Assembly: GCA_963845755.1 (NCBI GenBank)
Contig: CAWJTV010000041.1
Span: 1 to 64,000, forward strand
Reading direction: 5' to 3'
From: an uncultured Planctomycetota bacterium
GTDB lineage: Bacteria > Planctomycetota > Planctomycetia > Isosphaerales > Isosphaeraceae
DNA: 64,000 bases
Part shown: positions 51,145-61,900 of the stretch, piece after piece
How the letters are laid out: every line of letters starts with the position of its first letter
Position numbering within the stretch: position 1 is the first letter of the stretch
The notes under the pieces: generated by a model
The model's input: only the letters and a program-made list of their open reading frames with translations
What the model was told of the DNA's origin: nothing
Database searches by the model: none
Program-made: the position numbers and the translations under genes

Positions 51145-52080
51145 GTGCGCAAAGTGAAAAAGTTACGTGCGACCGCATTCATCCTGGCGGCGCTGGCGCT
51201 GGTCACGGGAATCCTGCTGATCCCGATGCCGCTGCACGTCCAGGGGACGTTCGTGCTCAAGCTGGCCAAGCCCGAGGTCATCTACGTCGAGACGGAAGGC
51301 CGGCTGATGGAGCTCAACGTCAAGAACGGCCAGTGGATCACCAAGGACACCGTGCTGGCCAAGCTGTCAAACCCGGAGAAGCAGAGGGAGCTGCTCCAGC
51401 GTCAGCAGGACCAGGAGGTCAGTCTCACCAAGTCCATGTTCCTGAGCCAGAATCCGGACCACCGGGCGCAGGCCATGCAGAACAAGAAGTACGCCGACCA
51501 GTTGGAGCCGATGATCAAGAAGATCACCGACCAGATCGGCAAGCTGACCCTGGTGACCACGCGGGACGGTCAGGTCGTCGGCGTGCCGCATCATTCGAGC
51601 GTGGGCCAGTGGCTCAAACCCGGCCGGCCCGGCGATCCCGAAGTCCACGCCGACCGGCCGTACTTCTGCGAGGTCGGCGATCCGCATCACCTCGAAGCCC
51701 ACATGATCCTCGACCAGTCCGACATCAACCTGATCCGCCCCGACAACCGGGCCTGGCTCAAGATCTCCGGCAAGGCCGAGACGACCTTCAAGAGCGTCGT
51801 CGAGGAGATCGCCAGCCGCAAGAGCGAGGAGGTGCCGACCGAACTTTCCAACCTGGCCGAAGGCGAGGTGGCGTCCAAGCCCGACCGCGAGACCGGCACG
51901 GCCAAGCCGCTGACCGCCGTCTACGAAATCATCATCCCGGTGGAGAATCCCGAGCTCCTGCTCGAACCAGGCCTGCGCGGAACCGCCAAGATTCAAGGCA
52001 GGCGCACTTCCTGGTATCAGGGTACGCTGGCCTGGCGGTTGCTGCGGTGGTGGAACAAAGCCTTCAACTTCCAGATCTGA
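51145..52080 (+). CDS. Stand-alone HlyD paralogue (copy of the C-terminal half of 48807..51053)
   Basis: Collinear from RKVKKLRA to WWNKxFNFQ. Confidence 0.85.
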   Translation: MRKVKKLRATAFILAALALVTGILLIPMPLHVQGTFVLKLAKPEVIYVETEGRLMELNVKNGQWITKDTVLAKLSNPEKQRELLQRQQDQEVSLTKSMFLSQNPDHRAQAMQNKKYADQLEPMIKKITDQIGKLTLVTTRDGQVVGVPHHSSVGQWLKPGRPGDPEVHADRPYFCEVGDPHHLEAHMILDQSDINLIRPDNRAWLKISGKAETTFKSVVEEIASRKSEEVPTELSNLAEGEVASKPDRETGTAKPLTAVYEIIIPVENPELLLEPGLRGTAKIQGRRTSWYQGTLAWRLLRWWNKAFNFQI

Positions 52081-52113
52081 GCGAGGATGTCAACGAGAGT
52101 GGTCTGCGCCACG

Positions 52114-53421
52114 TCACGGTCGCGAGTCGGGTTCCACGCGGATGACGCCATGGTGAATCTGCTTGGCGATGGCGGTCACGGCCCTGATGGCCACATGGCC
52201 GTGCTCGGCCAGATGATCGAGCCGTGCAGGACGGATCACCTTGATGATATGCGATCGGCGATAGCGGGAATGCGCGGCGAAGATCGAGGTGCCCGATCCG
52301 GACGCGGACGAGGTGGTCAGCGGTACCGAGATGTTGCTGGCCACCAGGCCGGCGATCAGCAACGGGCCGTCGGGCGAGCCGAGTCCGGTCGCGAGGTTGG
52401 CGCTGTCCACCACATCGCGAGGAGAGGCGGGCGAAATCGAGTGGAAGTCGGCCGCCGGGAGGCTGTAGAGCGTGGGGAGCGTCTGGGAGGCGCCGTCGAG
52501 GCTCCCCTCGCCTTCCAGCGAGCGGCCCTGATCGGCGATGGCGATGATAGCCGCCCAGGCGGGCGTCCCCAGGCTGGTCCCTCCCACGACCTGCCACGAG
52601 CCCTGGGAGGTGCCGGGTGCGGTCTCATAGACCTCGACTCCGGTGTCCGGGTCGCCAACGAAGGCGACGTCGGGCGTGCCCCGCTTGCCGGTCGTCTGGA
52701 TGCTCCTCTGATAGACCGGCTCGGCATTGTAACGGCTCAAGCCGCCACCACTGTCGTACCAGGCGGTCTCGTACAGGTAGGTCCCCGATCGGGTGACGCT
52801 CAGGGATGTTCCGCCCACGGAGAGGACATTGGGCTCGACCGCCGGCCAGTTGGTACCGCCGTCCAGGCCGTTGTCTCCGCTGGCCGCGACGAATGTGATC
52901 CCCGTATGTCCTGCGGGTGTCGTGAAATGGGACGAGGACTGGTACCGGACCTCGCTGAATCCCCAGCTCATCGAGACTACCTCGACGCCCGGGATACGTC
53001 GCGCCGTTTCCACCGCGGCCATGAGGCTCTGGCGGCTCTGCGATCTCGCTTCGACGACCACGAGATTGGCGCCGGGAGCGATCGCGTGCGCCCACTCCAC
53101 ATCCAGCGATTCCTCGAGCGCCCAGCCGCTATTGGACCTCGCACCCCCCAGGTTGATCACGGTCGGCGGCGTCTGGGGCAGGTTGAACGTCTGGTCGAAC
53201 GTGAGCAGGTCCGAGATGATGGTCGGGTCGTGGTAGGCCTCGATCAGGGCGATCGTCTCGCCCGATCCATCCCCGTGGACGGTCGCGCCGGAGGCCGATT
53301 TGAAGGTGATAGCATCCAGGCCATAGGCGTTCGTCAACTGGGCTGGGGTCAAGCCGGAGAGCAGGCAGCGGTCGTCGAGTTGCTCCAGGGCCGGCCGGAG
53401 GCCGCGACGGAGAGGTTGCAT
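52114..53421 (-). CDS. S53/S8 (sedolisin-like) serine peptidase, secreted
   Basis: RPALEQLDDRCLLS; EESLDVE; AASGD; GTPDVA; GGTSLGTP. Confidence 0.9.
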   Translation of the reverse strand: MQPLRRGLRPALEQLDDRCLLSGLTPAQLTNAYGLDAITFKSASGATVHGDGSGETIALIEAYHDPTIISDLLTFDQTFNLPQTPPTVINLGGARSNSGWALEESLDVEWAHAIAPGANLVVVEARSQSRQSLMAAVETARRIPGVEVVSMSWGFSEVRYQSSSHFTTPAGHTGITFVAASGDNGLDGGTNWPAVEPNVLSVGGTSLSVTRSGTYLYETAWYDSGGGLSRYNAEPVYQRSIQTTGKRGTPDVAFVGDPDTGVEVYETAPGTSQGSWQVVGGTSLGTPAWAAIIAIADQGRSLEGEGSLDGASQTLPTLYSLPAADFHSISPASPRDVVDSANLATGLGSPDGPLLIAGLVASNISVPLTTSSASGSGTSIFAAHSRYRRSHIIKVIRPARLDHLAEHGHVAIRAVTAIAKQIHHGVIRVEPDSRP

Positions 53422-53666
53422 CAGTCACCTTTTCGTGGTGCACATCGAAGTAGGGTATCAGAGGGTCCGACAAGGGAGGCATCTTCGCTTACTAGAGAGT
53501 CTAACGTACGCCTGCCGGGAAAACGAACAAGGATTCTTGCAGTCAGCCCGCGCGACCGCCCGTTGCGTCCAGTTCTGGGGCCTGTTAGGCTTCGAACCTG
53601 GTGCCGGACACGCCGTTGTCCGGCGTGTGATGTTGCCCGAAGAGAACGAAGCACGTGGAGGCAGCG

Positions 53667-54215
53667 ATGATTCGAGGTATGGTGCGGACGATCACCACAC
53701 TGGGGCTCGGGGTCGGACTGATCCTGGTCGGTGGCATCGGCACGGCCAGGGCCGAGCTGAAAGTCGGCGACAAGGCACCCCCGTTCAAGCTCCAGGGATC
53801 CGACGGCAAGACCTACTCGCTCGAGGACTTCAAGGGCAAGTCGGCCGTGGTCATCGCCTGGTTCCCCAAGGCGTTCACCGGCGGCTGCACCAGGGAATGC
53901 AAGTCGCTCCGAGCCCATAGCAAGGCGCTCCATGAGCTGGACGTTGCGTATTTCACCGCCAGCGTTGATACGCCCGAAGAAAACAAGAAGTTCGCCGAGT
54001 CGCTCGATCTGGACTACCCGATTCTCAGCGATCCCGACAAGAGTGTGGCCAAGGCGTACGGAGTCCTCATGTCGGCTCGCCCCTTCGCCAATCGCTGGAC
54101 GTTCTACATCGACAAGGATGGGACCATCAAGGAGATCGACAAGACCGTGAAACCCGACAGCGCCGGTACGGACGTCGCCACCAAGGTCAAGGATCTCGGG
54201 CTTTCCTCCAAGTAG
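53667..54215 (+). CDS. Peroxiredoxin (BCP/AhpC-TSA)
   Basis: WFPKAFTGGCTREC. Confidence 0.9.
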   Translation: MIRGMVRTITTLGLGVGLILVGGIGTARAELKVGDKAPPFKLQGSDGKTYSLEDFKGKSAVVIAWFPKAFTGGCTRECKSLRAHSKALHELDVAYFTASVDTPEENKKFAESLDLDYPILSDPDKSVAKAYGVLMSARPFANRWTFYIDKDGTIKEIDKTVKPDSAGTDVATKVKDLGLSSK

Positions 54216-54263
54216 GTCCGAGCGCCATGAGGATCTCATCAGATCGCGCGCGATGAGTTTCTT

Positions 54264-54809
54264 TCAAGGGCGGCGCCGGGCGCGTAGCTCGGCCCAGTGC
54301 CGCGCCTGCAAGTCGGCCCATCGTTGCTTCAGATCTCCAAGGATCTTCCAGAAGAGCCGGCTGTGCATCCGGCCGGGGACACGGCTGCACCTTCGGGCGC
54401 CGAACGATTGCGGTTCGGTGTATTCGAGGTGGTGCGCGACCTCGTGTAGGAACGTGTCGAACAGCTCGTTCAGGGGCCGGCGGCCCTCCTTGCGATCGTG
54501 GGAGTAGACCCGCACCAGGCGCCGGGACTTGTAATAGCCACCGAGCACGTGGGTAGTGGGACGGATGTTGATGTCGATGGCGAAGGAGACACGGCAAGCG
54601 TACATCTTCTCCAGGCGATTCCGAAAGAGCGGGGCCAGGGCTGAGATGGGGGGCTCGTACGGCCGGGGTGCCGGCGATGGTTGAGGCGCCGACCGTTGCG
54701 TCCAGGTCGCGGGCTCGCTCTCAACTCGCGGTTGCGGCACGCGCGGTTCGCCGGGCCCGTGAGCGCCCTCGTGTTGCCGATCCAGGATCGGTTGGGATGA
54801 ACTATCCAT
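54264..54809 (-). CDS. HExxH (SprT-like) protein
   Basis: FLHEVAHH..MHSRLFW. Confidence 0.7.
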   Translation of the reverse strand: MDSSSQPILDRQHEGAHGPGEPRVPQPRVESEPATWTQRSAPQPSPAPRPYEPPISALAPLFRNRLEKMYACRVSFAIDINIRPTTHVLGGYYKSRRLVRVYSHDRKEGRRPLNELFDTFLHEVAHHLEYTEPQSFGARRCSRVPGRMHSRLFWKILGDLKQRWADLQARHWAELRARRRP

Positions 54810-54821
54810 CGTGGCGTTCCG

Positions 54822-55568
54822 TCAGTAAGTGGCCCGGCCGCCGCTGATGTCGTAACATTGGCCGGTCGTAAAGCTGGCTTCCGGGCTGGCCAGGTAATGG
54901 ACCAGCGCCGCGACTTCGTCAATGGTCCCGGTGCGCCCGAGCGGGATCTTTGCGATCATGTACTCGACCGTCTCCTGGGCGACCCCGTCGAGGATCGCCG
55001 TACGGATGACCGCCGGAGAGATCGCGTTGACCGTGATGTCCCCCTTGCCGGCCAGCTCCTTGGCCAGGGATTTGGTCAGGGCGATCACGGCAGCCTTGGA
55101 TGCGGAGTAAGGCAAGAGTGTCGGATTCCCCTCCTTGCCGGCGATGGAGGCCACATTGACGATCCGCCCATATCCGTGCGCCAGCATTCGGGGCACTGCG
55201 GCCTTGCAGAACAGGAACGGGCCGATGACATTGATCTCGAACACCTCGCGCACCTCGCTGACCTGGAGGTTCCAACTCTGGTCGGTCCGGCCGGTGATCC
55301 CGGCATTATTGATCAGGATCGACAACGGTCCCAACCGGGCCTCGGCCTGCTCGACGGCCCGGGCGACCTGATCCTCAGCGCGGACATCGCCTACGAGGTC
55401 CAGACCGTCGAGCCCCGCGGCGACGGTCCGGGCCAGATCTGGTTCTCGGTCGAACACGGCGACCCTGGCTCCGGCGGCATGGAGCCGTCGTGCAATCCCC
55501 GCGCCAATCCCCTGGCCAGCCCCCGTCACCAGCGCGACCTGGCCATCCAGCCGAAAAAACGCCGCCAT
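54822..55568 (-). CDS. SDR oxidoreductase
   Basis: TGAGQGIG, NNAGI, YSASK. Confidence 0.93.
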   Translation of the reverse strand: MAAFFRLDGQVALVTGAGQGIGAGIARRLHAAGARVAVFDREPDLARTVAAGLDGLDLVGDVRAEDQVARAVEQAEARLGPLSILINNAGITGRTDQSWNLQVSEVREVFEINVIGPFLFCKAAVPRMLAHGYGRIVNVASIAGKEGNPTLLPYSASKAAVIALTKSLAKELAGKGDITVNAISPAVIRTAILDGVAQETVEYMIAKIPLGRTGTIDEVAALVHYLASPEASFTTGQCYDISGGRATY

Positions 55569-55842
55569 CGACCCGCCTCGCACCGGATTCACGGAATCTC
55601 CCGACGAACTGCAACGAAACAACTTATCAGGTCCCGAGCCGATTGGCCACCGGGATGAGGCCAGCAAGCGGATTGTGACGAATCTGCAGGGAGGATTGAA
55701 TCATCGTGCCGGGAAGATTTTGACATCATCAAGGTGGGACGTCCACAATCCAATAGACTCCGCGAGACCCTGCCGAAGGGAACCGTGGCGCGGGCTCGGC
55801 TGTCACGTGGGACGTCGAAGTTCGCCGATTGAGGAGACCCCG

Positions 55843-56583
55843 TTGACTCGACCCCAAACGACCTGGCTCCTGACCAACGACGACGGCTGGGATGCACCGG
55901 GCCTGGCCGCGCTATGGGCGGCGGCGGAAGAACTCGGCCGTTGCCGGCTGGTCGCCCCGATGAAACCGGTCTCCGGGTGTGGCCACAGCGTAACGACCCA
56001 CGCGCCGATCGCGATCACGCCCATGGGCGAGGACCGCATCGCCGTTGCGGGCACGCCGGCCGATTGCGTCCGCCTGGCGCTGGATCACCTCACGCCGGGG
56101 ATCGACTGGATCCTCTCGGGCATCAACGCCGGTGGCAACCTCGGCACCGATGTCTATCATTCGGGGACCGTCGCCGCCGTCCGCGAGGGCGTCTTCCATG
56201 GCGTGGCAGGGATCGCCCTGTCGCATTACATCGACCGCGGCCGTGCCATCGACTGGCATCGTGCGACTCGATGGGCCACGAAGGTCCTCCGCCAGTTGTT
56301 GGCCTTGCCCAAGGAACCCGGCAGCTTCTGGAACGTCAATTTTCCCCACATCGGTCCGGACGAGCCGGATCCCGAGATCGTCTTCTGCCCGCTCGACCCT
56401 TCCCCCTTGCCGCTGAATTATCGCGTTGAGAACAGCCAGGCCGTCTATACCGGCAACTACCAGTCACGGGAGCACTGGCCGGGGAACGATGTTGACGTCT
56501 GCTTCGGCGGCCAGATCGCCGTGACCTTGGTCCGCGTCTTCGATGTCGAGCCGCCGACCCATACGATTCTCCCGGGGTCGTGA
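55843..56583 (+). CDS. surE: 5'/3'-nucleotidase SurE
   Basis: LTNDDG, GTPADCV, SGINAGGNLG..SGTVAA. Confidence 0.93.
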   Translation: MTRPQTTWLLTNDDGWDAPGLAALWAAAEELGRCRLVAPMKPVSGCGHSVTTHAPIAITPMGEDRIAVAGTPADCVRLALDHLTPGIDWILSGINAGGNLGTDVYHSGTVAAVREGVFHGVAGIALSHYIDRGRAIDWHRATRWATKVLRQLLALPKEPGSFWNVNFPHIGPDEPDPEIVFCPLDPSPLPLNYRVENSQAVYTGNYQSREHWPGNDVDVCFGGQIAVTLVRVFDVEPPTHTILPGS

Positions 56584-57004
56584 GTCGTTGGTTTCCACGA
56601 ATTCTTGGACCTCGGCCCATAACCCCGGCGAGACGTCGGCTACGCCGGACTGCAACACGATGACCAGCGCCTTCGGCGGCAGGACAGCCGCGAATCTGAG
56701 CGATGGCCGCCGCGGCGATGCACGGCGAGCGACTCATGCCCGCCCCGCAGGCGACCAGGGTGGGCGTCTCGTATCGCAACAGGCCAGCAACGGTCTCGAC
56801 AGCCGCACGGAGAAGCCAGCGGGGATTGCCTGGTCCGTCGATGAGAGGGAATCGGCAATAGGCCAGCTCGCGGCTCAACGTTGCCGGGGACTCATTCAGT
56901 GCCACGTTGACGATGGCGCGGATGCCCGCCGTGTGGATGCCGCGAAGGTCGCGGACATCGCCGGCATGGCCCAGCCAGAGTGAATAGCCCGGAATCTGGC
57001 GCAT
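56580..57004 (-). CDS. Dual-specificity phosphatase-like protein (frameshift near the 3' end)
   Basis: FPLIDG; LVACGAGMSRS (CX5R). Confidence 0.8.
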
Positions 57005-57025
57005 GAAATCACCATGCCTCCCCGG

Positions 57026-57541
57026 TCATATCGTGAACTCGGCGAACTCGGGACCATATCCGACCATGCCGCCGTTCGCCGGGATACTGCCGCTGCGTAG
57101 CTCGAGGACCATGAACGCCTCATCGGCCCCGTATTCATTCCCCAGTCCATGGACATCGGCTCGGGTGAAGCCGAAGCGTTGATAGTACGCCGGCTCACCC
57201 AGCACGACGACGAAACCATGGTTGGCGCGCGTGCAGGCTGCCAGGCCCACGCGGATCAGGCGGCTGCCGATGCCTTGATGTTGGTAGCTCGGATGAACGG
57301 CGACCGGCGCCATCCCGACGCCGATTCCCTCGCCGGCCACGCCATCCATCTCGACCGGGCTGAATGCGATGTGGCCGACAATCTCATCGTCCCATTCGGC
57401 GACGAGCGAGATTACGAGGTGATCGCCTGCACGCAGAAGTTCAACCAGCCGGGCTTCGGCGGCTGTTGGGAAGGCGGCCTCGAGGACCCGCCGGATCGCG
57501 GCGGCATCGGCTGGCTGTTCGGGGCGGATTGACAGAAACAT
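57026..57541 (-). CDS. GNAT acetyltransferase (YhbS-like)
   Basis: VGHIAFS..PVAVHP..QGIGSRL..VLGEPAYYQRFGF. Confidence 0.9.
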   Translation of the reverse strand: MFLSIRPEQPADAAAIRRVLEAAFPTAAEARLVELLRAGDHLVISLVAEWDDEIVGHIAFSPVEMDGVAGEGIGVGMAPVAVHPSYQHQGIGSRLIRVGLAACTRANHGFVVVLGEPAYYQRFGFTRADVHGLGNEYGADEAFMVLELRSGSIPANGGMVGYGPEFAEFTI

Positions 57542-57719
57542 GAGGGGGTCTCAACTTACTGGGACGGGATCGGCCATTCCACATCGCCGGGCGTGACCCC
57601 AGCACCGGGTCAACTCGCGACGAAATCGCCGCGAGGTTCCGCTATGATGGTCATACTGGTCTGGCCGCGACGTCTTTTCAAGAGGAGCCGTCGGAGATGG
57701 CCGCCGGAGGACTTGATCC

Positions 57720-58187
57720 ATGCCACGCATTATCGGCCTCGATTATGGCACGCGTCGGGTCGGCGCGGCCCTGAGCGATCCGGGTCGGACCATCGCCTTC
57801 CCGCTCGAGGTCTATGCGTTGCGCGGGGCCAAGCACGACGCGGAGCATTACCAGGAACTCGTCGCGGAAAACGAGGTCGATCGGATCGTCATCGGCCTGC
57901 CCTTGCATACCAGTGGGCGCGAGGGCGCGCTCGCCGCGCTGGCCCGCACGTTCGGCGACTGGCTGGTCGCGGTCACGGAACGCCCGGTCGTTTTTTACGA
58001 CGAACGCTATTCCACAGTCGAGGCCGAGCAGCGCTTGATCGACGCCGGCCTCACGCATCAGAAGCGCAGGGCGCTCCGCGACCAGCTCGCCGCGCAGATC
58101 ATGCTCCAGGGCTTCCTCGATGCCGGCTGCCCCGAGACTGAGGCCGCGCCGTCGCCGTTGGCGGACACTGACGAGGCCATTCCATGA
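57720..58187 (+). CDS. ruvX: RuvX/YqgF pre-16S rRNA nuclease
   Basis: IGLDYGTRRVG, IGLP, DERYST, DQLAA. Confidence 0.93.
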   Translation: MPRIIGLDYGTRRVGAALSDPGRTIAFPLEVYALRGAKHDAEHYQELVAENEVDRIVIGLPLHTSGREGALAALARTFGDWLVAVTERPVVFYDERYSTVEAEQRLIDAGLTHQKRRALRDQLAAQIMLQGFLDAGCPETEAAPSPLADTDEAIP

Positions 58188-59048
58188 CGACTCTGATCAT
58201 CGGCTGCGGCTACCTGGGCCAGCGGTTAGGCGCCTTGCTCCTCCGAGACGATGGGCGCGTCTGCGGCACGGTGCGATCGTCGAGTCGGGCCGAGGTGCTC
58301 GACGGACTCGGGATCGAGCCGGTGATCGCCGACGTCCTTCGGCCCGCTTCATTGCGCGAGCTGCCTTCGGCCGATCGGGTTTTTTATTGCGTGGGGTTCG
58401 ACCGTTCCTCAGGGGCCGCGATGCGGGCCGTTTACGTTGACGGCTTGCAGAACGTCCTGGATCATCTCCCGCTCTCGGCGAAGCGAATCGTTTACGCCAG
58501 CTCGACGGGCGTCTATGGGCAGACGAGCGGCGAGTGGGTCGATGAGGACTCACTGACGGACCCGTTGCACGAGTCGGGCCGGGTCTGCCTTGAGGCCGAG
58601 AGACGCGTCCGCGCCTGGGCTGAGGCGCATTCCCTCACGCCGGTCGTCTTGCGATTCGCGGGTCTCTACGGGCCGGGCCGGATCGTGCGCCGGACGATCC
58701 TGGAGCGGGGCGAGCCGATCCCCGGCGACCCGGATAAGTTCCTGAACGTGGTCCACGTCGACGACGCCGTCCGAGCGTCCGCGGCAGCCCTCAATGCCGA
58801 TGCGCCCGCTTCGGTCTACTTGGTCGCGGACGATCGGCCGGTCACGCGGCGCGAGTATTACTCCGTGGCGGCGCGCTCTCGACGCGCCCGAGCCGCGATT
58901 CGCGCCCGCACCGATCGAGGGCCCCGAATCGACTCGCGACGCCACCAACAAGCGGGTTGCGAACCGTCGCATGAAACGCGGGCTTGGCGTTACGCTGCTT
59001 TATTCCGACATCACGTCCGGGCTGCCCGCGGCTTTAGAGGAAGGTTGA
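58184..59048 (+). CDS. NAD-dependent epimerase/SDR (frameshift near 58878)
   Basis: IIGCGYLG, YASSTGVYG, LRFAGLYGPGR; C-terminus NKRVANRRMK in another frame. Confidence 0.85.
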
Positions 59049-59066
59049 TCCGGGAAACGCGAATGC

Positions 59067-59411
59067 TCAACCCGTCGGTGCGGGCTCGACATAGCATCGA
59101 AGTGGGCCCTTGGATGCCTTGCTCCGAGGGTCTGGCCCGTAGGCGATGACCTGGTCGCGCTTCAGCTCCGCGAGCTCCTTGTGGGTCGTGTAGACGATGG
59201 CGCGTCCAGTCGAGTGGATCCGCCAGGTTAGCTCTTCGGCCTTGGGAAGAGGATGGCGGAACAACTTGATCAGCAGGTCGATGACGTACTCGAACGTATG
59301 ATCCTCGTCGTTGAGGATCACGACGTTGTAAGGGGGCAGGCGCCGGGTCTGCTGGTCCGTGGTGACTTCGGGCTCGGCGACGGCGATGGTCGTTTCCGGC
59401 TCGTCGGCCAT
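59067..59411 (-). CDS. clpS: ATP-dependent Clp protease adaptor ClpS
   Basis: YNVVILNDEDHTFEYV..IHSTGRA. Confidence 0.92.
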   Translation of the reverse strand: MADEPETTIAVAEPEVTTDQQTRRLPPYNVVILNDEDHTFEYVIDLLIKLFRHPLPKAEELTWRIHSTGRAIVYTTHKELAELKRDQVIAYGPDPRSKASKGPLRCYVEPAPTG

Positions 59412-59544
59412 GGAATCAAGCCTCCCCAAGGGCAATAGTGCGAGTCGAGACCTCTTTTAGTCTATACTGGATTCCTCTGCGTGACAAAGCGAATCTGAGC
59501 GATTGGCACCGAGCCAATGTTCACCGAGGCGATTGGGGGAGACG

Positions 59545-59886
59545 ATGCGGGGCATGAGCCCGGGAACGGCATTGCGTCAGCTCCAGCAAGCCCAGGCCGG
59601 GCTAAAGCGGGCGCGTCAGTTGTTGAAGCAGGTCGGGGAACAAGAGCGCGCCATGGCCCCGGTCTTCGAGGCCGGCTGGACCGGCCTGGCCCAGGCGCAC
59701 CGGCTGATGGCGGAGATCCCGCCCGAAGCGGCCGATGACGCCGTGTTGACCAAGCAACTGGCCGTCCAGCGGTATGCCACGGCGTTGCTGGTCCGGCTGC
59801 GCCGGCTGCATCGGCATGGCGGGATCGATCCTGCGGACTTTTCTGACGACGACGATCGATTTGACGACGAGGACTTCGAGGATTGA
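59545..59886 (+). CDS. Hypothetical helical protein
   Basis: ORF with an acidic tail, co-oriented with the downstream methyltransferase. Confidence 0.65.
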   Translation: MRGMSPGTALRQLQQAQAGLKRARQLLKQVGEQERAMAPVFEAGWTGLAQAHRLMAEIPPEAADDAVLTKQLAVQRYATALLVRLRRLHRHGGIDPADFSDDDDRFDDEDFED

Positions 59887-59891
59887 ACGGA

Positions 59892-61172
59892 ATGCCACGC
59901 CCGCAACGTCCCCGCGCGGCCGCCGGGGCCATGCACGTGTCCGCCCCGCGGGTCCCCGATCGCAGCCTGACACCGGAAGGGGCCCTCCCGACCATGGCCA
60001 TCCGCGCCTCGGGCACTCACACGTTCGTCTACCGCAAGATGGTCGAGGGGCCGGTCGGTGCGGCGACGCCAAACCATGGAGACCTGGTGCGCGTGGTCGA
60101 CCGCGACGGCCAGCACCTCGGCTACGCCCTCTGGAACGGCCGGTCGCAGATCAGCCTGCGATTCCTCTCGCGCGGGGCCGAGCCCCCGGGCATCGAGTTT
60201 TGGACGCGGTGCATCGAGGAGGCCGCGGCGTTGCGGACCTCGATCCTCGGCCTGGACCGGGAGACCAACGCGTACCGCGCCATCCACGCCGAGGGCGACG
60301 GACTCACCGGCCTGGTCGTCGACCGGTTCGCCGACGTCCTCTCCGTCGAGGTCTTCAGCCTGGGGATGTACCAGCGGATCGGGCCGATCTTGTCGCTCTG
60401 CGCCCATCGGCTGGGGACGTCGCATTACCGCGTGGGCGTCGATGAGCGCGTCGCACTCCAGGAGGACTTCTCCGGCCGACCGCTGGCCAGTCCGCAACTG
60501 CCGCCCCGGATCACGATCGAGGAGCATGGGATCCGCTATCGTATCCATTTCGAGGAAGGTCACAAGACCGGCTTCTTTTGCGACCAGCGCGACAATCGCC
60601 GCGACCTGGCCCGGTTCTGCGCCGGCCGTTCCGTGCTGGACCTGTGTTGCTATACCGGCGGCTTCGGGCTCAATGCCCTGGTGAGAGGCCAGGCCCGTGA
60701 GGTCACCTGCGTCGACCTGGACGAGAAGGCCGTGGCCCTGGCGCGGGAGAACGGCCATGCCAACCAGGTCAAGCTCGATGTGGTCCACGCCGATGCCTTC
60801 GGCTACACGCGGCAGATGGGCCTGAACGGCCGGACCTTCGGCGTGATCGTGCTCGATCCCCCCAAGCTGATCCCGGACCGCGACGAGATCGCGCCGGGGA
60901 AGCGGAAATACTTCGACCTGAACGTCCTGGCGATGAAGCTGGTCGAGCCGGGGGGCGTGCTGGTCACCTGCTCGTGCTCGGGATTGCTCCCCGCCCCCGA
61001 CTTCCTCGCCATCCTCCGTGCGGCGGCGCGGAAGGCGGAGCGCCCGGCCCAGCTCCTGGCCCTGGGCGGCGCAGCCGCCGACCACCCCGTCGCGCTCGAC
61101 ACTCCCGAAGGGTCCTACCTCAAAGTCGCCTGGCTCCGGATTGGCGACTCCGCGAGTAGCCCGACCACTTGA
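59892..61172 (+). CDS. RlmI-like rRNA m5C methyltransferase
   Basis: HAEGDGLTGLVVD, GHKTGFFCDQRDNR, LDLCCYTGGF, LDPPK. Confidence 0.9.
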   Translation: MPRPQRPRAAAGAMHVSAPRVPDRSLTPEGALPTMAIRASGTHTFVYRKMVEGPVGAATPNHGDLVRVVDRDGQHLGYALWNGRSQISLRFLSRGAEPPGIEFWTRCIEEAAALRTSILGLDRETNAYRAIHAEGDGLTGLVVDRFADVLSVEVFSLGMYQRIGPILSLCAHRLGTSHYRVGVDERVALQEDFSGRPLASPQLPPRITIEEHGIRYRIHFEEGHKTGFFCDQRDNRRDLARFCAGRSVLDLCCYTGGFGLNALVRGQAREVTCVDLDEKAVALARENGHANQVKLDVVHADAFGYTRQMGLNGRTFGVIVLDPPKLIPDRDEIAPGKRKYFDLNVLAMKLVEPGGVLVTCSCSGLLPAPDFLAILRAAARKAERPAQLLALGGAAADHPVALDTPEGSYLKVAWLRIGDSASSPTT

Positions 61173-61210
61173 TTCGACACAAGCTGAACGAGCCGAGCGA
61201 GCCGGCCCGA

Positions 61211-61900
61211 TCAAGCAACGGGTCGCGCCGGCGAGAGTTGCTTACGAAAGCACCAAATCGCCAGAACCAACACAAATAAACTCAATACGACTGTCACCAA
61301 GAGAAATCCCTGGTGCTTACGCGGAGGAGCAGGCTCGGCCGCGGGGGTCGGCTGGTTCGTCACCCATTGGCTCGTCACGCCGGTTGCCGTCTTGAAATTG
61401 ACGATGTTCGCCGCAAATTCCCTCTTGAGCGGGTTGTTCCCTTCGAAACTGCCCACGGTGGCACCGTTGGCGGTGATATCAAAGACGAGCGGGTTCAATG
61501 ACCTCCTGCTGGAAAGGACATAGGTGAACGTTCCGAATCCGTCGGCAGTTCCGCCCCCAGCAAGGCTCCAACCGGTTGCTAAAGTCGGTGGAACGAACGC
61601 GATGTTGGACATTGTCAGAGGAACGGTACTGTTGAACGCGAACTCGCCGATCCCCAAGCCCGTAAGGGGGGGGAGATACAGAGCGCATGCATTGGCTGTA
61701 ACGTTGAACTCGACCGCATTGGTCCCTTTTGGGGTCAGTACGACCGTTGCATAGTTAGTGCCCAGAGGCAGCAGATTCGACACGGTAAGCTGGACCGTGT
61801 CTCCGCTCGAATCTCGACCCGCCGAGACGAGGAGCATGGTGCTGACCAGGATCAGGGCGCGACAATCGTGCGTCCGGAAAAGACTCAGAGGGTTCGTCAT
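61211..61900 (-). CDS. Secreted protein with a C-terminal TM anchor (PEP-CTERM-like)
   Basis: Signal peptide, beta-rich body, PAAEPAP + TM + RK. Confidence 0.6.
   Translation of the reverse strand: MTNPLSLFRTHDCRALILVSTMLLVSAGRDSSGDTVQLTVSNLLPLGTNYATVVLTPKGTNAVEFNVTANACALYLPPLTGLGIGEFAFNSTVPLTMSNIAFVPPTLATGWSLAGGGTADGFGTFTYVLSSRRSLNPLVFDITANGATVGSFEGNNPLKREFAANIVNFKTATGVTSQWVTNQPTPAAEPAPPRKHQGFLLVTVVLSLFVLVLAIWCFRKQLSPARPVA

Noticed and set aside
4900..58900. Scattered frameshifts as programmed recoding or certain pseudogenisation
   Set aside because: They also affect housekeeping-type genes (porin, epimerase, phosphatase) and lack slippery motifs; sequencing indels cannot be excluded without reads
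45401..61214. Long antisense ORFs (e.g. 45401..47608, 52087..53670, 59616..61214)
   Set aside because: Shadow frames of GC-rich genes on the other strand, with no recognisable motifs
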